A stretch of 40,000 nucleotides of DNA from Vibrio gangliei (GCF_026001925.1 NZ_AP021871.1:6137-46136); one strand, 5' to 3'. Counted from the first letter of the stretch, positions 26,113 to 34,079 are shown. A program made the numbers and translations. Notes: generated from the letters alone by a model not told the origin.

Positions 26113-26325
26113 TTAAATAGATGTATTCATAAACAAATCACTTACACTTGAACGTGCAAGTTCTTCTTTTTGTGCGGCTATCTTCAATTGTTTTACTTTG
26201 GGAGTTAGCCATCCAGCATTGCCACACCATTCACAGCTACGAGGGGTATTACACTGACAAGGCTCAGTAAGCCCAAGGCAATTACCCAACACTGAATTAA
26301 GATCTTCTTCTAATGTATTTTGCAT
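26113..26325 (-). CDS. Small Cys-rich protein (putative zinc-binding), unknown function
   Basis: A start at 26325 has GAGG 6 nt upstream. The Cys pattern is C-x7-C-x-C-x6-C-x2-C. Confidence 0.5.
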   Translation of the reverse strand: MQNTLEEDLNSVLGNCLGLTEPCQCNTPRSCEWCGNAGWLTPKVKQLKIAAQKEELARSSVSDLFMNTSI

Positions 26326-26440
26326 GGTTAACCTCATTGGCATTGCCAGTGAATCATTGAGTTCTTTTGTTTATAACATAGGAATTAAACTCCAACAATG
26401 TTATAAATCCATCCCAAATAAAGGTGAATTATTATTAGCG

Positions 26441-26878
26441 ATGACCAAATTATACAGTCTTACTGCAGACTCTAACTGGAAGAAATATCAAAGCAAACGT
26501 GCCCAAACCGTTCGCCTGTACAATGAGAGCTGTAGCTCCCACAGTGAGGAACCTGAAATAGATTTTTCTGAAATAAAAAAGCCAAGTTTGCTGCATTACT
26601 TTGGGATCAAAGGTGAACAGGGTGGGATTTTAGTTGAACAGCTTATGAACAACGAAAGCTACGCATTAATCACCTTCGCTGCATTACCAAAAGCAATGCA
26701 GGGCATTGGGCTGGGTACAAAGTTAGTAGAATTTGCAACACAGCAGCTAAAGTTAAAGTCAGTCAGACTAGTTGGGGCTCAACTTAATCATCAAGATTCT
26801 CATGCTTTCTGGTTAAAACAAGGGTTCACAGAAGTCGCACCGCTTGAGAATGGTATAGCTCTTATAATTCCAGAGTAA
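26441..26878 (+). CDS. GNAT-family N-acetyltransferase
   Basis: Acetyl-CoA motif A-like MQGIGLGTKLVEFA and C-terminal FWLKQGF. The internal ATG at 26441 is preferred over the track start, which overlaps the divergent gene. Confidence 0.6.
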   Translation: MTKLYSLTADSNWKKYQSKRAQTVRLYNESCSSHSEEPEIDFSEIKKPSLLHYFGIKGEQGGILVEQLMNNESYALITFAALPKAMQGIGLGTKLVEFATQQLKLKSVRLVGAQLNHQDSHAFWLKQGFTEVAPLENGIALIIPE

Positions 26879-26886
26879 CCGAAACA

Positions 26887-26898
26887 AACCGCCTAATT
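26887..26898 (+). promoter_or_regulatory. Shared upstream motif AACCGCCTAATT
   Basis: Copy of the AACCRYCTAAWT motif, 53 nt (motif end to start codon) upstream of the 26951 start, where the transfer backbone resumes. Confidence 0.45.
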
Positions 26899-26950
26899 TT
26901 TCCCTTAGATACTATCGCATTTATCCTTGATTCATCTTGGAGGACTCCTT

Positions 26951-27427
26951 ATGAATCATTTAGTGCGATTGGTACTTACCGTCTATATTCTCGCCTTTAC
27001 TAGTTTCAGCTTGGCTGCAGATGTTGCACCCAACACAGTAGAACTATTTGTTACCCATGACCAACTTGATAGCGCTTTAGATGTAAAGAAATCCGCTAAA
27101 GGTTTAAGCATCTACGTCATTGATGAGGCAAAGAGACTGGAAATGGTCGCTAGTGAATCAATACCAAAGCCAACAAAACAGGAACGCGCATCACAAGCTG
27201 GGCTAGATGAGTACAAAAAGCGTGTAACACCATACATTGTTGAGCAAGCTAAAAAGCAAAAAAATGACCTAATTAACGCATGGCAAGGTATTGAAAAAGC
27301 GATGCGCTACCAAATTCAAAAAACACCTGCCGTTGTAATTAATGGGAATTATGTGGTTTATGGTTCTCCGGTGTCATTATCCGTCTACCGCTGGAAAGAA
27401 CTAACTAAGCGGGGGGCAATAGAATGA
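26951..27427 (+). CDS. Periplasmic transfer protein (TIGR03757 / PFL_4709 position)
   Basis: GGAGG RBS and signal peptide ending SLA. The C-terminal KTPAVVINGNYVVYGSPVSLSVYRW is typical of this family as I recall it. Confidence 0.55.
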   Translation: MNHLVRLVLTVYILAFTSFSLAADVAPNTVELFVTHDQLDSALDVKKSAKGLSIYVIDEAKRLEMVASESIPKPTKQERASQAGLDEYKKRVTPYIVEQAKKQKNDLINAWQGIEKAMRYQIQKTPAVVINGNYVVYGSPVSLSVYRWKELTKRGAIE

Positions 27428-28512
27428 AGCTGACGAAATTGCTTTTCATAATGGCAATTGCAATTTGTGGCCCACACTATGCAAACGCAAATGAAAACCC
27501 AACAATAAACACATCCGATTATTTTGATTCTGAGAATAATGACGACTTTGTTTTCGACAAAGACAACGTTTTTTCTGAAGATGAAGAAGACTCGCTGACA
27601 AAGCAGCTTGCAACCGATTATAGCTCAAGCATTAACATGGAGTGCGTGGACGTTAAAGTTCTTGGTGTTTGCGTTTGGATTACAGTTACCCCGTTTAGCG
27701 TTGATATTGACTACTCACCAGTGGTAAGCATGTATTCACCTGACGCCAAAGTTGAAGTCTTCCACACCAAAGATAACACGCCATACGTACCGGCTAAGTT
27801 GAACAACAAGCTTGCTAGTGCAATAGGTGGTGGAATAGGGAGCTCGTTGACCGGATTTTCTATGGATAACCTATCAAGCAGCACCGAGGGATACCGTAGT
27901 GTTCATATTATGGGCAATCCCGTTCTTAGTGCCCACCAGCAGACAATTGGAACCCTATTAGATGCAATGGAGTTGGGCTATTGCAGCTCTACTGTGCAGC
28001 CTTTTATGACGTATTTTCATAGCGACATAGACTTTTACGAGTGGCGCAGCGGGATGATGGAACAAATTTTCTACCCAATGAACATTTTAAGGCGGATCAC
28101 AAACAGCTCTACAGGGAGCCTGTGGGGGACGCTTTATCCTAGAACCGGTTGGACTATGAATAGCTCGCCATATATCGGTGCCTCTGTAGCAGCAGTTAGA
28201 GCAGCATCGATAGTTAACGAAAATCAGGGGGATTCAAGGGGACTACATATCTATACAGCAATGCCCAAAAACATCAATGGAGCTAGAAAGCTGGAAGATC
28301 CCAAAGTAGACCAAGCTAATGGTAAATGGCAGCCGATGAATATTGGTGCCAGCTATATGCAAAAATGCTCAACATTCCCAACACCTAACATCAATATTGG
28401 GATTGGTACAAATGAGCCTATTAAGGTTGGCCGAGCGTACTATTACACACTTTGGCGAAATTACATTTGTTGCACAAGAGAAGGCAACTCTTTGGTTTCT
28501 GCCGTGTATTAA
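27424..28512 (+). CDS. TraU-like transfer protein (TIGR03756 / PFL_4710 position)
   Basis: Signal peptide, then CVDVKVLGVCVWIT, which resembles the TraU-family N-terminal Cys motif. Overlaps the previous gene's stop (ATGA). Confidence 0.6.
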   Translation: MKLTKLLFIMAIAICGPHYANANENPTINTSDYFDSENNDDFVFDKDNVFSEDEEDSLTKQLATDYSSSINMECVDVKVLGVCVWITVTPFSVDIDYSPVVSMYSPDAKVEVFHTKDNTPYVPAKLNNKLASAIGGGIGSSLTGFSMDNLSSSTEGYRSVHIMGNPVLSAHQQTIGTLLDAMELGYCSSTVQPFMTYFHSDIDFYEWRSGMMEQIFYPMNILRRITNSSTGSLWGTLYPRTGWTMNSSPYIGASVAAVRAASIVNENQGDSRGLHIYTAMPKNINGARKLEDPKVDQANGKWQPMNIGASYMQKCSTFPTPNINIGIGTNEPIKVGRAYYYTLWRNYICCTREGNSLVSAVY

Positions 28513-28527
28513 TTTTAGGAGTTGGAC

Positions 28528-28695
28528 ATGAAAATAGTAACTGAACTCTACGCACGTAATGTTTTGTTATATTGCCCTCACTGTGGAAATGAAGAAGATG
28601 GATTTGTAGTGAATCCAGCAGGCTTGGAGTTTACTTGTGATCACTGCAATAAGCCTTACAAAGTACATTCAGAAGCAGATATAGAGCATAAATAA
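28528..28695 (+). CDS. 55-aa zinc-ribbon protein (not in the ORF track)
   Basis: AGGAG RBS 7 nt upstream. Translation is MKIVTELYARNVLLYCPHCGNEEDGFVVNPAGLEFTCDHCNKPYKVHSEADIEHK, with CPHC ... CDHC. Confidence 0.6.
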   Translation: MKIVTELYARNVLLYCPHCGNEEDGFVVNPAGLEFTCDHCNKPYKVHSEADIEHK

Positions 28696-28816
28696 AAAAC
28701 TAGACCTATATGGAATTACTTTAAAGACTGAGGCAGCTACAAAACCATAACCCAAAGATAAGCAATGACAATTGATTTACTTTAAATGAAACATTAACTC
28801 TAAAGAGAGGAAAAGT

Positions 28817-29137
28817 ATGGATTTATATCAACTAGCAAAAATGAGTGATGCAGACATAGCGACATGGGTTCGCTCGAATGTAGATAATTTTTCGCTTATC
28901 GCTGATAGCGAATTAGAAAGCACTGTTTCAACACGTGACCATTGGGAGCAACGAGCAACCGAGTTGGCAAATGATGTTGGCGCACTATTAAATATCAATC
29001 TAGGGGAACACAGCAGCACAAACTGCCCTGTACAGAATGCCATTAACGCTGCTCGCAATGCCGCTCAAAAGAAAGCAAGAATCGAATCAATAAAAGCACG
29101 AATAGGCGGTGTATTGGACGGGGAAAGCCTTACTTAG
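28817..29137 (+). CDS. Hypothetical protein
   Basis: RBS GAGAGGAAAA. 106 aa, helical and acidic, with no motif recognised. Confidence 0.5.
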   Translation: MDLYQLAKMSDADIATWVRSNVDNFSLIADSELESTVSTRDHWEQRATELANDVGALLNINLGEHSSTNCPVQNAINAARNAAQKKARIESIKARIGGVLDGESLT

Positions 29138-29156
29138 TGTTGTTTTTAAAGAAGTT

Positions 29157-29185
29157 GCTATGGATACACCCCTGTAATCCATAGC
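29157..29185. terminator. Hairpin between convergent genes
   Basis: GCTATGGAT / ATCCATAGC 9-bp stem with an 11-nt loop. T-runs are weak. Confidence 0.45.
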
Positions 29186-29198
29186 ACAATCGGCCTCA

Positions 29199-29672
29199 TT
29201 ATTTATGAGAGATAAGCTTTTGAATTGAAATGCCAGTATGCAGGTGGACATATATAACAAATCGAGCTGGAACGGATTCTAATTTTTCATACAACCCAAT
29301 CGCTACTTCATCAACGGCCAGCTTTTGTGCTAGCTCATTTAATGAATCTACCTTTAGCAAAGTCATTAAGTTTTCAACAAATTTACCACCGCTAGGAAAC
29401 TCCAAACCTAATGCGTTTAACCCTGTGGCAATATTTGATTTGCTTCCTTTAAACACCTTTTGCTTACCGGTTATGGCAGCAAAATTACCATTATCCATCA
29501 GCGCAACTTTGTAATCATAAGCAACCATATTATTGATTTGCGCGGCTGTTGGGACGTTTGATGAGGCAAGAAGTGTCTTTCTATCACCACCGAAAGCATG
29601 AAGAAGAACATCCTCAAGTGGAAGCGTTTCAGCACCATCTATAACCACATCTTTCTGAGATTGTAATGCCAT
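29199..29672 (-). CDS. Candidate transcriptional regulator: unknown N-terminal domain plus C-terminal HTH-like segment
   Basis: SLNELAQKLAVDEVAIGLYEKLESVPARFVIYVHLHTGISIQKLI looks like an XRE-type HTH. The gene is divergent from the transfer operon, with tandem operator copies in its upstream region. Confidence 0.45.
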   Translation of the reverse strand: MALQSQKDVVIDGAETLPLEDVLLHAFGGDRKTLLASSNVPTAAQINNMVAYDYKVALMDNGNFAAITGKQKVFKGSKSNIATGLNALGLEFPSGGKFVENLMTLLKVDSLNELAQKLAVDEVAIGLYEKLESVPARFVIYVHLHTGISIQKLISHK

Positions 29673-29711
29673 AAAGCTTCAAATCCTCCAAGTACAAGAC
29701 ATTGAATAAGA

Positions 29712-29727
29712 ATAACACAAGTATTAT
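29712..29727. promoter_or_regulatory. Operator copy ATAACACAAGTATTAT (15/16)
   Basis: Matches ATAATACAAGTATTAT with one mismatch. Lies in a divergent intergenic region. Confidence 0.5.
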
Positions 29728-29743
29728 ACAATACAAGTTTGAT
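29728..29743. promoter_or_regulatory. Degenerate operator copy ACAATACAAGTTTGAT (13/16), directly abutting the previous one
   Basis: Arranged in tandem with 29712-29727. Confidence 0.35.
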
Positions 29744-29767
29744 AATTGTGTGCCATGTATGTCATTT

Positions 29768-29779
29768 AACCATCTAAAT
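29768..29779 (+). promoter_or_regulatory. Shared upstream motif AACCATCTAAAT
   Basis: Copy of the AACCRYCTAAWT motif, 71 nt (motif end to start codon) upstream of the 29850 start. Confidence 0.4.
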
Positions 29780-29849
29780 TCGGTGATACACATAATGAAT
29801 ATTAATTTAGTCCGAACGACCGAACATTTTGAATCATTACGGATTGACT

Positions 29850-31217
29850 ATGGCTAAATATCACCGACTCACCTTAATTAGCTTATTGCTCTTTAACTCA
29901 AGCGCATTTGCCGCAAACTCAACCGATCTTGGCTATATGATGTCAAGGTCAACCTCATCTTCTGCAGCCGAACGAGAAGCCTTGGAAATGCTAATTGTTA
30001 ATCCAAGAGAAAACCCAACGCCAATACTTGAAGTGGACGGGTATAAACCCCGCTCTCGATGGGATGAACTGGCTAAAGCTAAAGTTGACACGTTTGGACA
30101 GTGTGGAAAGTTCGACCCCAATCTATCGGTACTGAACTCATTCAACGATGGCAACTTAAATGTCCTTTTTAATAACGTAATTACTTCCGCTGTAACCTCT
30201 GTTCAGGGCTTTGCTGGCCAGCTAATGAAGGAAATGAACCCAGGATTCTATGAATTTTTAGAAAATGGAATCGATCTGGGTTATAACGACTACCTTAGTT
30301 CCTTACAGTCCTGTGAGGAGATGCAAAAGTTCATTAAGAATGCACCAGAGAACATCATGAAGTTCACTAGCCAGCAAGAGGAAATGGCGAAATATAGTGA
30401 GCAAGGAAACGTTGATATTATTGATCTAACCAGAAGTGGCTCAAGACTTAATGGTGACGCAGGTGTTACCGGTGTGACTGGTAATAAATTCGGTGGTGCC
30501 GGTCAGAGACCACTAAAGGTCGTTGCGCAGACTTCATTGGCTGGCTACTGCGGATTAACCGAAACAACATCAGGTGATTGCTCCGATGTGGTCGGTACCA
30601 ACGTGACTGGTTCTGGTGGTACATCATCTACAGCTATCAAAAAAATATTTGCAACAAATCAAGAGGCAGAAGATTTTGCAGTGGAACTGTTAGGTGAGAC
30701 AAATTATCGCACCTGTTCTGGCTGCGAAACCATTCGCACAACTCCACCTCAGTCAATCGCTCAACTTGTCGAAAAGGAATCTACCGAGCTAGTTCAAAAG
30801 CTTACAGAGTTAACGCAGGACAGAAATATCACACAAGAAAAACTTGATGATGTTAGCGCCCCAAATTATCAAATTACAGAAGCGACAATCACAGCTTTAA
30901 GGGCAGAGCAAACAGACTCAAGACAGGTGTTTATTGAACGTTTGGCGTTTGATGTGGCCAGTTCAAAAACTATCGACAAGATAATCGCTACTCGCCAAAT
31001 TCTGTTAACTGGTCGCTCTAATGCAAATATCACCGGCAATGAAGCCATGATGATGGAGGTGAATAGCAAGTTAAATGCCCTTACTGAGCAAATCAATAAC
31101 TTCCAGCAAGAAATTGCATTGCGTGACTCCATCAATAGCAATACGCGCATTATCTTGAATGAAAGAAGATTCCATTCAAGAGGCACCAAAAATGAAAACG
31201 CATTATCCATCAAGTAA
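29850..31217 (+). CDS. Periplasmic transfer protein (TIGR03755 / PFL_4711 position)
   Basis: The ATG at 29850 gives signal peptide MAKYHRLTLISLLLFNSSAFA. About 455 aa. Synteny between the TraU-like and TraG_N-like genes supports the call. Confidence 0.55.
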   Translation: MAKYHRLTLISLLLFNSSAFAANSTDLGYMMSRSTSSSAAEREALEMLIVNPRENPTPILEVDGYKPRSRWDELAKAKVDTFGQCGKFDPNLSVLNSFNDGNLNVLFNNVITSAVTSVQGFAGQLMKEMNPGFYEFLENGIDLGYNDYLSSLQSCEEMQKFIKNAPENIMKFTSQQEEMAKYSEQGNVDIIDLTRSGSRLNGDAGVTGVTGNKFGGAGQRPLKVVAQTSLAGYCGLTETTSGDCSDVVGTNVTGSGGTSSTAIKKIFATNQEAEDFAVELLGETNYRTCSGCETIRTTPPQSIAQLVEKESTELVQKLTELTQDRNITQEKLDDVSAPNYQITEATITALRAEQTDSRQVFIERLAFDVASSKTIDKIIATRQILLTGRSNANITGNEAMMMEVNSKLNALTEQINNFQQEIALRDSINSNTRIILNERRFHSRGTKNENALSIK

Positions 31218-31229
31218 GAGATAAAGATC

Positions 31230-32867
31230 ATGTTAACCAATGAAGCAACAGACCTGTTTTTTATCCCGTTGGGTAACTACATGTCATCACAGATATGGGA
31301 TTTATTGCTGCAGACTAAGCTCTATATAATTCCATTCATTATCGTGCTAATCGTTTGTTTTAACGAGGCCAGAGCCGCAGGCGCGGATGAAGGGACGCCC
31401 GCAATACAAACCTTTAGAAAGTTTGAAGCAAAAGCATGGGGTATGTTTGTAATAATTCTATTTGCTGTACAGCCATTCTCCTTTTCATCGAAAGAAACAT
31501 TTAGAGATATAACCTACAAAAGTTATTCATGCTTAGCTGGTGGATTAGGTACGTACTTAACGGTCGATCAGCTATCAATAAACCCAACAATTCAATCTAT
31601 TGAGGGGGCGAATCCATCACTATGGAATGCGCTCATGAATATGTTTTCAACAGGGGTAACAAACGCCGCAATCCATGCTATTCCTTGCGATGTTCAAGAG
31701 GGTGAAAATAGCTTACGTGTAGCTTTAACCAATGCACAAAGCGCGGTGCCTGAAGGCGACCTTTATCAAACTGCACTTGAATATAATAAGCAATGTTACG
31801 CACCGGCTATTAAACGTTTGGGTGATTTATCACAAATGCAAAATCAGCAATCTGAAATAGATATGTCAGACCTGTCTTTCAATAGTCAAGCAATTAGAAC
31901 CGCGTTATCAGGAATGAATATTGACGGATATGAAGAAAAGCTTACCGCTACCGTTCAATTGCCCGAATATTCACAAGAGGGCTTCCTATGGGGCTATAAG
32001 CCAGCTACCGTTGATTGCAGCGTTTTAGGAAGCAATTTACACTCCGATTTGGTTGAATACACAAAAACAGGAAATTACGCAAAAGACTTTGCCGCTATTA
32101 ACCGCAGATCAACATCAAGTGATACTGAAAATGACAATAGCAATGCAAATGTTTTGTTTAATAACGCCATTCATAAAGATGGCAGAACATTGACTGATGC
32201 AGCCCTGAGTAGCCTAGATTCTACTGTGAACGGTAATGCTGCAGGTTGGCTTTTAACAACCTTTAATCCTTCTGGGTTGGTATTAGAAGGAACATCTGGT
32301 AGTGGCAGTATATTAGAACGCTCAGCGAATGCTATACGAAATAGTGTAACAACAGCATCTAACTTGTTAGGTGTGGCAATAGACTCAACAAAGGTTCTTC
32401 AGTACCAAATTACCGCTCCCCTTGTTATTTCAATAGCCAAAATGCTTTTGATTATTGCATTCCCATTAATGATGTTGATGACAGGATTTAATCGGAACCT
32501 ATTACTAGCTTCCACAATAGGATATGTGGCGATAGAGTTTTCTAAATTTACATTTGAACTTGGGGCGTATTTAGATGAATCACTCACATCATTCTTATTC
32601 AATGTAACGTACCTTAAATTACCAGAAGGCATGTCCGTTTCAATGATGCAAACAATTTCAACATCCATAAATTTAATAGGTCAAATGGCTAATTATAGCC
32701 TTGTTCTTATATGGTTTGTCTTTGTGGGCTGGATGGGTGTAAAACTATTTGGAAGCTTATCTATGAGTGATAGCGCGGGACAACAAGCAGCATCAACCGC
32801 TGGGTCATTCGCATCATCAGTTATATCTTCAGGCGTTAGCGTAGCTAAAAAAGCAGCAGGTCGTTAG
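31230..32867 (+). CDS. TraG_N-type polytopic membrane protein (mating-pair stabilisation family)
   Basis: 545 aa with multiple TM helices at both ends and a large central periplasmic region. This is the usual last gene of the MPF-G block. Confidence 0.55.
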   Translation: MLTNEATDLFFIPLGNYMSSQIWDLLLQTKLYIIPFIIVLIVCFNEARAAGADEGTPAIQTFRKFEAKAWGMFVIILFAVQPFSFSSKETFRDITYKSYSCLAGGLGTYLTVDQLSINPTIQSIEGANPSLWNALMNMFSTGVTNAAIHAIPCDVQEGENSLRVALTNAQSAVPEGDLYQTALEYNKQCYAPAIKRLGDLSQMQNQQSEIDMSDLSFNSQAIRTALSGMNIDGYEEKLTATVQLPEYSQEGFLWGYKPATVDCSVLGSNLHSDLVEYTKTGNYAKDFAAINRRSTSSDTENDNSNANVLFNNAIHKDGRTLTDAALSSLDSTVNGNAAGWLLTTFNPSGLVLEGTSGSGSILERSANAIRNSVTTASNLLGVAIDSTKVLQYQITAPLVISIAKMLLIIAFPLMMLMTGFNRNLLLASTIGYVAIEFSKFTFELGAYLDESLTSFLFNVTYLKLPEGMSVSMMQTISTSINLIGQMANYSLVLIWFVFVGWMGVKLFGSLSMSDSAGQQAASTAGSFASSVISSGVSVAKKAAGR

Positions 32868-32883
32868 ACTAGAGATAAATAAA

Positions 32884-32915
32884 AAGGGACGCAGATTTTC
32901 TGTGTCCCTTTATTT
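32884..32915. terminator. Bidirectional terminator
   Basis: AAGGGACGCA / TGTGTCCCTT stem flanked by an A-run and a T-run. Lies between convergent transcription units. Confidence 0.7.
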
Positions 32916-32943
32916 ACTAAAGCTAGATGTACAACCCAAAATG

Positions 32944-33108
32944 CTAATCCTCGTCAAATATATTAATAACATGGGATCGCCCATAGATTTTTTTGTTACG
33001 CTTTTTCTTGTAATAGTCTTTCGCTCCAATTGCATGGATTAGAACCAAAAGAGACAGCGGGAAAAACAGCACAAAAAGCAATAAGTTTAAATACTTTTTC
33101 TTTTTCAT
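32944..33108 (-). CDS. 54-aa single-TM protein (not in the ORF track)
   Basis: MKKKKYLNLLLFVLFFPLSLLVLIHAIGAKDYYKKKRNKKIYGRSHVINIFDED. Starts 8 nt after the stop of the upstream minus-strand gene. Confidence 0.45.
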   Translation of the reverse strand: MKKKKYLNLLLFVLFFPLSLLVLIHAIGAKDYYKKKRNKKIYGRSHVINIFDED

Positions 33109-33115
33109 ATCTTTC

Positions 33116-33337
33116 TCATTTCTTGTTTTTCATTACACGAAGTAGTTTTGCAACCTCTGCTTGCTTATACTTTGGGGGTAAAGATTCAACCCAGTTCAAA
33201 TGCGCTTCTTCACGGCTAACACCGGCTGGTAATTTGAAAGGATAACTATCGGTATAGTGCTTACCTTTCAACGCCTTTGCAAAGTAAAACGCAACATACA
33301 CACCACAAAGAAGACCAACTAACAAAAACTCATTCAT
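33116..33337 (-). CDS. Small N-terminally anchored membrane protein
   Basis: 73 aa with TM FLLVGLLCGVYVAFYFA. An operator copy lies 44 nt upstream. Confidence 0.5.
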   Translation of the reverse strand: MNEFLLVGLLCGVYVAFYFAKALKGKHYTDSYPFKLPAGVSREEAHLNWVESLPPKYKQAEVAKLLRVMKNKK

Positions 33338-33380
33338 AATACACCTTTAATAATTTAAGTCATTCATCAATACGCCAATT

Positions 33381-33396
33381 ATAATACAAGTATTAT
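33381..33396. promoter_or_regulatory. Palindromic operator ATAATACAAGTATTAT (perfect)
   Basis: Perfect 7-2-7 inverted repeat embedded in TATAAT-like hexamers on both strands. Confidence 0.6.
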
Positions 33397-33409
33397 AATT
33401 GCGCAATGG

Positions 33410-33943
33410 TTAACCTTGATTGATCTCACAATTTTCACGCCTGAAGCACACTAAACATTTGGCTGATTTTCTACATTTAGGCTTTTTTCCCTGTCTAATC
33501 ATATTGATATACGCAACCTCATTTTTGATTTTTCTATAAAGTGTAGCTGATGAATACGATAATTTAACGGGATATAACTCAGATTTTGTCACTAAATACC
33601 CACTGCTTACAGGGTAGCCTTGCTCCCTTGCTGTAATTGCGCTGGCATACATTTGCTTATCATCGGATGGATAGTGACCTTTATATCGAGACTTGTGCTC
33701 AACAAGAGTGTGCCGAAATAAAGAAGTCTTGAATATGAAATCCGGTTTAGAGCTGAGTTTATATTTGTGACTCAACAGAACGGGATGTTTATTGTCATCA
33801 ATATAGACAAGCTTCCCTCGGAATCCGAATTGTGTCATCGGGAGCGTTAATTTATAGATTTTGTTGAGCGCCCACCAACAAGCGGTTAATGCAGTCAACA
33901 GCAGAGAAGAAACCAACACTAAGTAAGAGATCTGATATTCCAT
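33410..33943 (-). CDS. Membrane-anchored PD-(D/E)xK nuclease, Cas4-like
   Basis: N-terminal TM YLVLVSSLLLTALTACWWAL. Nuclease motifs are KPDFIF (D), VEHKSR (ExK) and QMYASAI (QxxxY). The C-terminal CLVCFRRENC is a Cx2Cx5C Fe-S-type motif. The ATG at 33943 is preferred to the GTG at 33955. Confidence 0.7.
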   Translation of the reverse strand: MEYQISYLVLVSSLLLTALTACWWALNKIYKLTLPMTQFGFRGKLVYIDDNKHPVLLSHKYKLSSKPDFIFKTSLFRHTLVEHKSRYKGHYPSDDKQMYASAITAREQGYPVSSGYLVTKSELYPVKLSYSSATLYRKIKNEVAYINMIRQGKKPKCRKSAKCLVCFRRENCEINQG

Positions 33944-33955
33944 AAAAGTTCCCAC

Positions 33956-33971
33956 ATAATACTTGTATTAT
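33956..33971. promoter_or_regulatory. Palindromic operator ATAATACTTGTATTAT (perfect)
   Basis: On the minus strand it lies immediately downstream of TTGCAA-N17-TAAAAT and 13 nt upstream of the nuclease ATG. Confidence 0.6.
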
Positions 33972-34052
33972 ATTTTTACTATGTAAATCTCTTGATTGCA
34001 ACAATCAGGGGGATAAATATTTGGATAGTACAAGAAGTAATCATAGTTGCAC

Positions 34053-34070
34053 TTATTACCACGGTAATAA
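34053..34070. promoter_or_regulatory. 18-bp perfect palindrome TTATTACCACGGTAATAA (copy 2)
   Basis: Identical to 8342-8359. Ends 9 nt before a TTGACA hexamer. Confidence 0.5.
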
Positions 34071-34079
34071 TGAGATTGG

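Noticed and set aside
33030-33245. Plus-strand ORF 33030-33245
   Set aside because: It is antisense to two tightly packed minus-strand membrane-protein genes that have an operator, a promoter and a terminator. It has no RBS.
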